In this document: one piece after another, positions 51,300 through 61,215 of the stretch
Numbering within the stretch: the first letter of the stretch is position 1
Layout: every line of letters starts with the position of its first letter
Assembly: GCA_040766505.1 (NCBI GenBank)
Contig: JAXGQJ010000010.1
Span: 268 to 64,267, forward strand
DNA length: 64,000 nucleotides
Direction: 5' to 3'
Origin: Clostridiales bacterium
GTDB lineage: Bacteria; Bacillota; Dehalobacteriia; UBA7702
The notes under the pieces: generated by a model
Seen by the model: the letters and a program-made list of their open reading frames with translations, nothing else
Databases searched by the model: none
Told to the model about the DNA's origin: nothing
Made by a program: the position numbers and the translations under genes

Positions 51300-52933
51300 T
51301 TATCCCTGCGGCAAGATGCTGATCTTGGGCCATGCCCGGATTCCCTCCCTTTGGCTATAATCGAGCAAAAGGCGGCAGGGCCGGTCTTGCCCTTCCGTCA
51401 GCTCGCCATGTTGAATGGAAAAAGTGAAATCCGAATCCAAAAGGCGGATGGTTTTATAGATGTCTTGGGGCCGTTCCCGATGGCGCCGGGGTAAAAACCG
51501 GCAAATATTGTTTTCGTCCCGCAGGAAGGAAAGGGCCGCCGCCTCTTCCGCGGCGGTGACAGGGTTTTGGCGGCGCTTTAAAAAATCCTCCAATCGGCAA
51601 AGGGCCGCCCAGAACCCCGGTTTTTGCGGCGCAACCTTTTGCAGTGCCGCGGCAAATCCTGTTTCTTTCTCGGCGGCGAGGGCGAGAAAAAAGGCAAAGC
51701 TGCCGCCGGCGTAAATTTTGGCTCCGTAGGGAAGGGAGAGATGGCGGCAGCCCCGATTGTATTCCCGTTCCAGCAGCTGTTCTATGCCGTGGATCCGGTT
51801 CATATCGGTGAAGGAGAGGGCGTCGTTGGCCAGTACCTCATAGGGGGGATTTTGAAGAGAGAGATACCCATAAGCGGCGGCATTTTCGGCCAGTGCCGTT
51901 CCCGGCAACAGCTTTAAAAAGCCGAGCTGTAAATGGTGGGGGCGGATGGACCAGGCGGTTTCAAAGCTCTCTTTAAATTGCTTCAGGCCCTCCCGGGGCA
52001 GCCCCGCGATCAGATCGAGATGGAGGTGTACATTGTCGCCATCCAGGACACGGCGGAGGTTTTGGATCAGCTTTTCCCGATCCCATTCCCTGCCGATGGC
52101 GGCGAGGGCGGCGCGGTCTGTCGATTGTAAGCCGACCTCCAACTGGAAGAAATGGGGCGGGGCCGACCGTAAAAGGCCGATCATCTCATCGTTTAACAGC
52201 TCCCCCTTCATTTCAAAGTGGAAGGTGAGGCCCGGCGCCGCCTTTGTCAGCAGGAAGCGCAGGATTTGGGCGGCGCGCTTCGGCGGCTGGTTGAAGGTGC
52301 GGTCGACAAATTTAACCACCGATGGCGCCAAGGCGATCAGGCGCTCCAAATCCTCGAAAACCCGTTCCAATGGCAAAAATGCCAGGCGGCGGTCGGCGGA
52401 AGAAAGGCAGAAGCCACAGCGGAATGGGCAGCCGCGGCTGGATTCATAGTAAAGAAGGCGGTGGCGCAGACGTTCCTTGTCCGCTTCGTCATAGGGAAAG
52501 GGCCAGGTGGCGGCAAAGGCCGGTTGGGCCGGGATTTCGATTTGTCGCGGCGGCCTTCCAGCCGCCAGCGCTTTTAAGGCGGGAAGCCAAAATACTTCGC
52601 CGGCGCCGGGCAGGATCAAATCGGCATCGGGAAAACAAGCCGGCGCATAGGTGGCTTCCGGCCCGCCCAGGATGATGGTGGCCTTTGGGCAAAGCTTCCG
52701 CAGTGGCGGCAGCAGTTTTTGCAAGGTTTCCCGGTTCCAAATATAGGTGGAAAAGGCGAAAACATCGCCCTTCGTTTCAAAAATCGCGGCTAAAATCTCC
52801 GGCAGCGGACATTGACCGTCAATTCGATCAATTCTGTTTCGGCCAGATCCCGCGGCGTGGAGCGAAGCAGATAGCGTAGGGCGAGATTGCTGTCGCTGTA
52901 TTTGCTGTTTAGGGCGATAAAAACAACTTTCAT
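51300..52933 (-). pseudogene. B12-binding-domain radical SAM protein (DUF4080-type C-terminus); one phase shift near 52800
   Basis: The N-terminus MKVVFIALNSKYSDSNLALRYL (ORF 52790-53002) continues in ORF 51300-53144. That ORF carries YYESSRGCPFRCGFC (CxxxCxxC) and the GLQS motif in FFQLEVGLQSTDRAAL. Confidence 0.75.
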
Positions 52934-53168
52934 CGGGTATGTCCACTCCCATGCACCAACAGATGATATCGATAAAATAACATAGTGGGGAAGGAAATGC
53001 AAACCTTCCCAAACCCCGGGCCGACTTGTCTGCGTCCGGTTTTGAAACGGAAAGTGGGGGACGGGAAAATAATTTCAGCGCATAAGCCAAGAAATGAATA
53101 GGATCGCCATAAAATGCGTATAATGGCAATAAAGCGAAGGACATTGAAAAGGAGGGTTATCCACCGTC

Positions 53169-53519
53169 ATGAATCAAATAGAAAAAGAATTCTTTACAAT
53201 GAAAGAGGTCGCCGAAAGATGTGGAGCAAGCTATGGCATCGTGAAGCGGGACATTGATAAAGGGCGCCTCCCGGCCTACCGCATCGGCAGAAAGTATTTT
53301 ATCGCCAAAGACGAAATGGAGAAATACATCGGCATGGTGGCGGAAAAGCGGGGCATTGAAGGTTACACCATTCAGGAAATCATGAAGAAAATACCCCTAA
53401 GTTATGCATTTATTATGGAATTGATCAAGAGCGGCAAATTGCCGGCGGTGAAAATAGGCCGCCAATATATCGTCCCAAAGACGGATTTTGAAACGTTTTT
53501 GCAGAACAAGAAGATGTAA
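53169..53519 (+). CDS. DNA-binding protein with two tandem excisionase/MerR-like HTH units
   Basis: FFTMKEVAERCGASYGIVKRDIDKGRLPAYRIGRKYFIAKDEMEKYI and YTIQEIMKKIPLSYAFIMELIKSGKLPAVKIGRQYIVPKTDFETFL. Confidence 0.65.
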   Translation: MNQIEKEFFTMKEVAERCGASYGIVKRDIDKGRLPAYRIGRKYFIAKDEMEKYIGMVAEKRGIEGYTIQEIMKKIPLSYAFIMELIKSGKLPAVKIGRQYIVPKTDFETFLQNKKM

Positions 53520-53521
53520 GT

Positions 53522-53733
53522 TCAGCGTAAGTAAAAAAACAAGGCGCAGAGAAGGCAAAGGAAGCCTGCCGCCCCGAAAATGAGGGCCGGCAGATTTCCT
53601 TTTTCTTTTTCCTCCGGCCGCAATGGGTCTTTTGAAAGATTTCCGGCAATTCCCGGTATTCGTCCGGATCTCCCAAAGCGTCCGGTTTTTCATGGTTCGG
53701 CTCCGGTTCGGCCGGATTTTGTTTTTTATTCAT
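53522..53733 (-). pseudogene. Small tail-anchored membrane protein (about 70 aa), one phase shift at an A-run
   Basis: ATG 7 nt after aaggagg. MNKKQNPAEPEPNHEKPDALGDPDEYRELPEIFQK, then in the adjacent phase DPLRPEEKEKGNLPALIFGAAGFLCLLCALFFYLR*. Confidence 0.5.
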
Positions 53734-53913
53734 GGCGCGCCTCCTTCGCTTACTTTACCATTTTTAAGCGCATTTGACAAACGAAGAGGGGAAAATGCCG
53801 CTATTCTTTGAAAAGCAATCAAAATATCCAACATCGTGAAGAGGGAAAAGGATAGAAGATGTAGAAAATTAACAAGATATATATACACTTTTTGAAAAAA
53901 AGGAGTGAAGACA

Positions 53914-54549
53914 ATGGCAATGATGGAAAAAAGCTGTCGTGATTATGTGGGGGTTTTGGCGGCGAAAGTCTCTGTTCCCGGTGGTGGCGGCGCCGCCGCG
54001 CTTTGCGGCGCGATCGGTATGGCCCTCTCGACGATGGTCGGCAGTTTCACCGTCGGAAAAAAGAAATTTGTTGATGTGGAAGAGGAAGTACAGGGTTTGA
54101 TCGACCAGGGAACCCGGCTTCAGGACGCGCTATTGGCCCTTTCGGAAAAGGACGCCGAAGTTTTCGGCCCCCTGTCCGCCGCCTACGGCCTGCCCCAGAA
54201 TACGGAAGAAGAAAAGGCGGCCAAAGCGGTGACATTGGAAAGAGAAGCCAAAAATGCCTGCACCGTACCGATGGATATCATGAGAAACGCCAAAGAAGCG
54301 CTGGTCGTACATAAGCGCATGGGGGAAATCGGCAATGTAATGCTGGTTTCCGACGTGGGCTGCGGCACTTCCATTCTCCGGGCGGCGATGGAGGCCGCCA
54401 AGCTGAATGTGATCATCAACCTCGGCATCATTCAGGATAAGGAATATGTCGCCGCGACGAGAAAAGAAATGGAAGATTTGATGAGCGCCGGCAATGCGCT
54501 GGCGGATGAGATCTTGAACCAAATCGTCTTGCCGAAACTCGGAGAATAA
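53914..54549 (+). CDS. Cyclodeaminase/cyclohydrolase family protein (FTCD C-terminal-like, FchA-type)
   Basis: ORF 53905-54549 with an ATG 8 nt after aaggag. VLAAKVSVPGGGGAAALCGAIGMALSTMVGSFTVGKKKF. It lies adjacent to folD. Confidence 0.75.
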   Translation: MAMMEKSCRDYVGVLAAKVSVPGGGGAAALCGAIGMALSTMVGSFTVGKKKFVDVEEEVQGLIDQGTRLQDALLALSEKDAEVFGPLSAAYGLPQNTEEEKAAKAVTLEREAKNACTVPMDIMRNAKEALVVHKRMGEIGNVMLVSDVGCGTSILRAAMEAAKLNVIINLGIIQDKEYVAATRKEMEDLMSAGNALADEILNQIVLPKLGE

Positions 54550-54561
54550 GGAGGAAACAAT

Positions 54562-55425
54562 ATGGCGGATATTTTAAAAGGAAAACCCGTGGCCGATGCC
54601 ATGAAGGTGGAAATGGAACAACAGGTTGCGGAATTGAAGGCCAAGGGCCTGCAGCCCACCTTGGGAATTGTTCGCGTCGGCGCAAGGCCCGACGATGTAT
54701 ATTATGAAGGCGGCGCAAAAAAAACCTGCGCTGCCATCGGCGTGGAAAGTGTTGTTTTTGAATTCCCTCAAGACATCACCGGCGATGATTTTAAAGAGGA
54801 AGTGAAGAAAATCAATGCCCGGGAAGACATCCATGGCATCTTAATGTTCAGCCCCCTGCCCAAGCATCTGCCGGAAGAGGAAATACGCGCGCTGATCTCG
54901 CCGGATAAGGATGTGGACTCGCTGACCATCGGCAGCGCCGCCAAAGTGTTTGTCGGCGACAAAACCGGCTTCCCGCCCTGCACGCCCCAGGCGGTCATGG
55001 AATTGCTGCGCCATTATGACATTCCGTTAAAGGGAAAGAATGTGACCTTGGTCGGCCGTTCCCTGGTGGTCGGGAAACCATTGGCCATGCTTCTTCTGGG
55101 TGAACATGCCACGGTGACCATTTGCCATTCGAGAACCGTGGATCTGCCCGGCGTTTGCCGTAAAGGTGAAATTTTGATCGCCGCCATCGGCCGCGGCAAG
55201 ATGATCAATGCCGATTTTGTCAGCGCAGGACAAATCGTGATCGACGTCGGCATCAACGAAGATCCGGACAATCCCGGAAAATACTGCGGCGATGTGGATT
55301 TTGCCGGCGCCGAGCCCATTGTGAAGGCGATTACGCCGGTTCCCGCCGGCATCGGTTCCGTTACCACCGCCGTTTTGGTAAAACATACCATCAAAGCCTG
55401 CATGCTGCAAAACGGTTTGGCATAA
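54562..55425 (+). CDS. folD: Bifunctional methylenetetrahydrofolate dehydrogenase/methenyl-THF cyclohydrolase
   Basis: 287 aa. [43 protein letters not shown] and [14 protein letters not shown]. Confidence 0.95.
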   Translation: MADILKGKPVADAMKVEMEQQVAELKAKGLQPTLGIVRVGARPDDVYYEGGAKKTCAAIGVESVVFEFPQDITGDDFKEEVKKINAREDIHGILMFSPLPKHLPEEEIRALISPDKDVDSLTIGSAAKVFVGDKTGFPPCTPQAVMELLRHYDIPLKGKNVTLVGRSLVVGKPLAMLLLGEHATVTICHSRTVDLPGVCRKGEILIAAIGRGKMINADFVSAGQIVIDVGINEDPDNPGKYCGDVDFAGAEPIVKAITPVPAGIGSVTTAVLVKHTIKACMLQNGLA

Positions 55426-55443
55426 AATACTAAAGATTGCGGT

Positions 55444-55848
55444 TTGCGATCATGGAAAAGTGGATTGGCCGCCGGCGCGGCCCGGGGAGGTTGGATTTTG
55501 GCCCGTTATAAATTGGTGAGAAAATATCATCCCGGGCACCGCGCCGGCGATAAACCGCGCTGGCCGACGGCAGACGATTGGAAAACCATCGAGAAAGTGT
55601 CGATGTATCTGGAACGTTCCCGCCTGAACGACTATGTTTATCTCATTGATAAAAAAAGTCGTTGGATCCGGATCAATCTCATGGGGGGGATTTTCCGCGG
55701 GATCGGCTTGGCCATCGGTTTTTCCCTTCTGGGTGCGGTAGCTTTCTTGGTTCTGCAGCAGGTGGTAACATTGAACTTGCCCCTGATCAGCGATTTTATT
55801 GCCGAGCTGTTGAACCTGGTGGAACAAAGCCGGCGCATACGTCCTTGA
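55444..55848 (+). CDS. DUF5665-like small membrane protein; the true start is uncertain
   Basis: C-terminal part LERSRLNDYVYLIDKKSRWIRINLMGGIFRGIGLAIGFSLLGAVAFLVL. The N-terminal 50 aa of the ORF look non-native. Confidence 0.45.
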   Translation: MRSWKSGLAAGAARGGWILARYKLVRKYHPGHRAGDKPRWPTADDWKTIEKVSMYLERSRLNDYVYLIDKKSRWIRINLMGGIFRGIGLAIGFSLLGAVAFLVLQQVVTLNLPLISDFIAELLNLVEQSRRIRP

Positions 55849-55855
55849 GGTCATT

Positions 55856-56320
55856 ATGGTCTATTTTGTTTTGGCGGCCTTGATCGTTGCCGCCGATCAA
55901 GCCGTAAAATTTTGGATCACCATGCGATTCGCGCTTATTTGAAACGGTCACCGTCTGGCGCTTCATCGCCATCACCTATGTGCGGAACACCGGCGCCGCC
56001 TTTAGTCTGTTTCGCGGCGGCACCCCTTTTTAACCCTATTGGCCGCCGGGCTTTTGGTGGCCGTCGCCTTCTTATGGCGCAAGCCCTATGTAAAGCCTTA
56101 CCGCCTGCCATTGGCCTTGCTGCTGGGCGGTGCCGTCGGCAATATGATCGATCGGGTTTTCCGTGGCTATGTTGTCGATTTTATTCAAGTGGGAACCTTC
56201 CCTGTATTCAATATTGCCGACATCTTTGTCGTGACGGGGGTGGCCCTGCTGGCTTTGCTGGTTTTGAAAAAGCGAGCAAGACAGCAAAGGAAGGGAAGCG
56301 GGATGAAAAAAGCACCTTAA
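55856..56320 (+). pseudogene. lspA: Lipoprotein signal peptidase (signal peptidase II), phase-shifted
   Basis: MVYFVLAALIVAADQAVKFWI, then [12 protein letters not shown] in another phase, then ORF 56039-56320 with [19 protein letters not shown]...FPVFNIADI. Confidence 0.85.
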
Positions 56321-57217
56321 AATTGGGGAAGAAGCCACAGGCTGGCGCTCGACCGGTTTTTAGCCGCAGCGCTGCCGGAATTGTCCCGCAGCCGCTTGCG
56401 GGAGCTGATTCGCGACGGTTTTGTGCAACTGGAGGGAACCGTGGTGAGCCCGGTTATAAGGTTCGCTGCGGCGAATCGGTGACGGTGGAGATCCCGCCGC
56501 CGGAAAGCATGGCGCTGAAACGGCAAAATATGGGGCTCGATATCGTCTATGAGGACGACGACCTCGCCATCGTCAATAAACCGCGGGGCCTGGTGGTGCA
56601 TCCGGCGCCGGGCAATCGCGATACAACGCTGGTCAATGGGCTTTTGGAGCAATTGACCGATCTTTCCGGCATCAATGGACACCTCCGCCCTGGCATCGTA
56701 CACCGCATTGATAAAGACACCTCCGGCTTGCTTTTGGTGGCGAAGAACGATTTTGCCCATTTGGCCCTGGCGGAGCAGATCCGGGTTCACGGCGTTGCCC
56801 GCGTCTATGAAGCGATTGTCGACGGTGTGATGGCGGAGCCCGCCGGATTGGTGGATTGTCCCATCGGCCGTCACCCGGTGGAACGGAAAAAATGGCGGTT
56901 ACCGATAAAAACTCCCGCCCCGCCCGCACCCATTACCGGGTCTTGGAGCGGTTTGAAAGCTATACCTATGTGGAGGCCGAAGCTGGAGACCGGCCGCACC
57001 CATCAAATCCGTGTCCACATGAGATACATCGGCCATCCCCTTTTGGGGGATCCCCTTTACGGCAAAGGGGGAAAAACCCTTCTACCTATATGGCCAGGCC
57101 CTCCATGCCAAAACCATTGCCTTTCTCCATCCCCGCAGCGGGGAACCGATGGCCTTTAGCGCGCCTTTGCCGGCGGAAATGGAAAAAATCCTTGCAATCT
57201 TGCGGAAAGGCCATTGA
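56303..57217 (+). pseudogene. rluD: RluA/RluD-family 23S rRNA pseudouridine synthase, phase-shifted
   Basis: S4-like RLDRFLAAALPELSRSRLRELIRDGFVQLEG. The catalytic HRIDKDTSGLLLVAK lies in ORF 55912-57159. GRTHQIRVHM is present. The tail AFLHPRSGEPMAFSAPLPAEMEKILAILRKGH* lies in another phase. Confidence 0.85.
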
Positions 57218-57268
57218 AATCAGCGGAAAATGGGGTATAATATGACCATAAGCATTTCCCTTTAATAT

Positions 57269-57355
57269 GTCCCGGCGAGGCATGAAGGTGAAGCAGTGGA
57301 CGGTTGGAATGGCGGACGCCGCCTTTGCCTTGCCTTGCGTGGGTAAGGTTTTTTA
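57269..57355 (+). promoter_or_regulatory. PyrR-binding loop plus transcription attenuator in the pyr leader
   Basis: gtcccggcgaggcatgaagg (57269-57288) resembles the PyrR box (UCCAGAGAGGCU core as I recall it). A terminator ccttgc/gtaagg (57333-57348) plus tttttta lies just before pyrR. Confidence 0.6.
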
Positions 57356-57367
57356 TCGGGAAAAGAG

Positions 57368-57930
<563 letters not shown>

Positions 57931-57941
57931 GGGAAGGGCAT

Positions 57942-58870
57942 TTGGCTATACAGGCAAAAGATATGATCGATTTGGAATTTCTCAGCCGTGAGGAAATCTT
58001 GACGGTTCTGGAAACCGCCAAAGCGATGAAAGAGGTGTTGGGGCGCGACATCAAAACCGCGCCGGCGCTGCGGGGCAAAACCGTCGCCACTTTATTTTAT
58101 GAAAACAGCACGAGAACGAGGGTTTCTTTCGAGCTGGCAGCCAAGTATCTCAGCGCCGGAACCGTGAACATTTCCGCGTCCAGTTCCAGCGTTGCGAAGG
58201 GAGAAAGCCTACAGGACACCGGGCATACCCTAGATGCCATGGGCATCGATGTGATCGTTATGCGCCACCCCCTTTCCGGCGCGCCCAAACTTTTAGGGGA
58301 AGCGGTGAAAGCCCGGGTCGTCAATGCCGGCGACGGAACCCACGCCCATCCCACCCAAGCGCTGCTCGATCTCTATACGATCCTCGACAAAAAGGGGCCG
58401 TGGCGGGGCTGACGGTTACAATCTTAGGGGACATCCTCCACAGCCGGGTGGCCCGTTCCAATATTTGGGGTTTAAAAAAACTGGGGGCCACGGTTCGGGT
58501 GGTCGGCCCCCCCACTTTGATGCCGAAAGAGATTGAAAAGATGGGGGCCGAGGTATACTATGACATCGACGCGGCATTGGAGGGCGCCGATGTCGTCAAT
58601 GTATTGCGGATTCAGTTGGAAAGGCAGGAAAAGGGCTTGTTCCCAACGATCGATGAATATGCCGCCCTTTATGCTTTGAGCGAGGTTCGACTGAAGCGGG
58701 CAAAAAAAGATTTGCTTGTGCTCCATCCCGGCCCGATGAACCGGGGCGTTGAGATTCCCAGTTCCGTGGCGGACGGTTCCCAATCCGCCATTCAGGAGCA
58801 GGTGACCAATGGCGTCGCCTGCCGGATGGCCTTGCTTTATCAAATGATGGGAGGTGGCGGCGGTGCATAA
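57942..58870 (+). pseudogene. pyrB: Aspartate carbamoyltransferase catalytic subunit; one phase shift near 58400
   Basis: [21 protein letters not shown] (ORF 57822-58412) and [21 protein letters not shown] (ORF 58400-58870). The junction aaaaaggggcc reads [10 protein letters not shown] if a fifth G is restored. Confidence 0.93.
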
Positions 58871-60151
58871 AATTCTGATCCAAGGTGGCCGGATCCTGAC
58901 CCCGGAAACGGCAAAGACGAAATCGGTGATATTTTGCTTGCCGACGGTTTGATTGCCGGTATCGGCCGGGAAATCGTCGATACCGAAGCCGAGACAATAG
59001 ACGCCACCGGAAAAATCGTCGCCCCGGGCTTGGTGGACATCCATTGCCATTTGCGGGAACCGGGATTTGAAGCAAAAGAAACCATTGAAACTGGAACCAA
59101 AGCGGCGGCGGCGGGCGGCTTTACCAGCGTCTGCTGTATGCCGAACACGCGTCCGGCGGTGGATTCTCCCGCCACCGTCGGCTATATCAAAAAGAAGGCG
59201 GCTGCCTTGGGGTATGCCCATGTTTACCCGATCGGCGCGGTTTCCAAAGGTTCCGCCGGCAAGGAACTGGCGGAATTCGGCGCGATGGTCGAAGCCGGCG
59301 CCGTCGCCTTTTCCGATGACGGACGCCCCGTCGCATCGGCCCAGCTGATGCGGCTCGCCCTCGACTATAGCCGTATTTTCTCGGTGCCGATCATCGCCCA
59401 CGAGGAAGATTTGTCTCTTGTCAATGAAGGGGACATGCACGAAGGCTATATTGCCACGGTTTTGGGGTTGAAAGGCATCTGCGCCGCCGCCGAAGAATCG
59501 ATGATTGCCCGGGACATTCTGCTTGCCGAGCTGACCGGGGCAAAGTTGCACATCGCCCATGTCAGCACAAGGGGCGGCGTAGAAATGATCCGGCGCGGCA
59601 AGGAAAGGGGCCTTGCCATCACCGCGGAAGTGACCCCGCACCACCTGACCTTAACCGATGAGGCGGTAATCGGCTATAATACCAATGCCAAGGTGAACCC
59701 GCCTTTGCGGGAGAAGGCCGATGTTGAAGCGCTGGTGGCGGCTTTGCGGGAAGGGGTCATCGACTGCATTGCCACGGATCACGCCCCCCATACCCTTGAA
59801 GACAAGGTGGTGGAATTTCACCTCGCCGCCAATGGCATCAGCGGTTTTGAAACGGCGCTGCCTTTGCTCTGGACGGCTTTGGTGGAACCGGGCGCCATCA
59901 CCGCCGGGCGGTTGGTCGCGGCATTGACCTGCCAACCCGCCGCCATTCTCAACCTTCCCGCCGGCGGTCTCGACCTTGGGGATCCCGCCGACATCGTTGT
60001 CATCGATCCAAAGCTGGAAAAAACCGTCGACCCGGAGACATTTTATTCAAAGGGGAAGAATACGCCTTTCGGAGGCAAAAAGCTGAAGGGTTGGCCCGTC
60101 TGCACCGTTTGCGGCGGCCGCGTGGTGATGATGGATCGGGAGGTGCTGTGA
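58863..60151 (+). pseudogene. pyrC: Dihydroorotase; phase shift near 58900-58930
   Basis: The GTG start overlaps the pyrB stop. KILIQGGRIL, then ORF 58934-60151 with PGLVDIHCHLREPG, HVSTRGGVE and ATDHAPH. Confidence 0.92.
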
Positions 60152-60152
60152 T

Positions 60153-61215
60153 TTGAAAGCGGTTCTCGCGCTGGCCGACGGCAGCATCTATGAAGGGCGT
60201 TCCTGCGGCGCCCAAGGGACGGTTCGCGGGCAGCTGGTGACAAACCGATCCATCTTCGGCTATCAAGAATTGATGACCCAGCCCGCTTCCAGAGGCCTGA
60301 TTTACAATATGGCCTATCCCGTCATCGGCAATTATGGCGTCAATAAGGAGGACTGGGAATCGGTACAAGTACATTCCAAGGGCCTGGTGCTGCACGAGAT
60401 GTGCAGGAAAACTTCAAACTGGCGGGCTTCGGCGACCTTTGAAAGCTTTCTCTGCGATTACGGCATTGTGGCGATTGAGGAGGTCGACACCCGGAAGCTG
60501 GCCCGGAGCATTGAGGAAAAGGGCAGTATGGGTGCGGTTATCAGCACAGAAAACCTGCGCAGCCGGCAACTGGTGGCCATGGCCTGGAACCTTCACCGCG
60601 ATTGGGGCCTGGAAGATATCTGCGCCACCGAAATCGACCATCTGCCCGGCAATGGCAAGCGTTTGGGCCTGGTGGATGTGGGCCTGAACAACAGCCTCGC
60701 TGGAAGCGGTCAAATGCTATGGTTATGAAATCGTTTTTTTGCCCCCTTATTTGGGCGCCGATGAGATATTGGCCCAAGGCGTCGAGCTATTGTTCTTCAG
60801 CGGCGGCCCCGGCACACCGCTGGAATACGGTTTTATCGTGGAGACGATCCAGAAGCTGATCGGCAAAGTGCCGATGGGGGCCAAGGTCTCGGCCATGCTT
60901 TGCTGTCTTTGGCGCTGGGAGCAAAGGTGGAGATGCTGAAAGCCGGCCATTTCGGCGCCCACTACCCGGTGCGCCATCTGCCCAGCGGCACTCTGCTTTC
61001 CACAACGCAAAACCACCTGTATGAAGTTTTTGCGCCCGGCCCCGGCCAGGAAGATTACCCATGTTTGCCTGCACAATGGTGGCATTGAGGGTTTGGTGGC
61101 GGAAGATTTGATGGTTGTGTCCCGGCAATACCAGCTTAGGCCGGAAAGAAATTGGGACAATGATTTGTTGTTTGGAAAATTGAACGGCTGGCAAAAACAA
61201 AGGGGAGGGGATCGG
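60153..61215 (+). pseudogene. carA: Carbamoyl-phosphate synthase small (glutaminase-type) subunit homologue, phase-shifted, divergent active site, no stop before carB
   Basis: MKAVLALADGSIYEGRS..FGYQELMT..AYPVIGNYGVNKED..DTRKLAR (ORF 60153-60728). SGGPGTP and [52 protein letters not shown] in further phases. See the findings for the substituted catalytic positions. Confidence 0.8.

Noticed and set aside
52934-53144. The N-terminal 70 aa of the 614-aa ORF 51300-53144.
   Set aside because: The genuine N-terminus of the radical SAM protein (MKVVFIALNSKYSD…) lies in another phase starting at 52933. The upstream extension has no RBS and crosses the divergent promoter region.
53169-53519. The excisionase-type HTH protein as a marker of a prophage or integrative element.
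   Set aside because: No integrase, recombinase, phage structural genes, att-like repeats or compositional break is visible within 10 kb on either side.
58472-59644. Long antisense or overlapping ORFs, for example 58472-59644(-), 10172-11035(-), 43018-43821(-), 45310-46062(-), 3591-4328(-) and 6477-7280(+).
   Set aside because: They lie opposite or out of phase with clearly homologous genes (pyrC, thrS, der, gpsA, the HTH regulator, recQ). They have Arg/Gly/Pro-rich low-complexity composition typical of spurious ORFs in GC-rich coding DNA.
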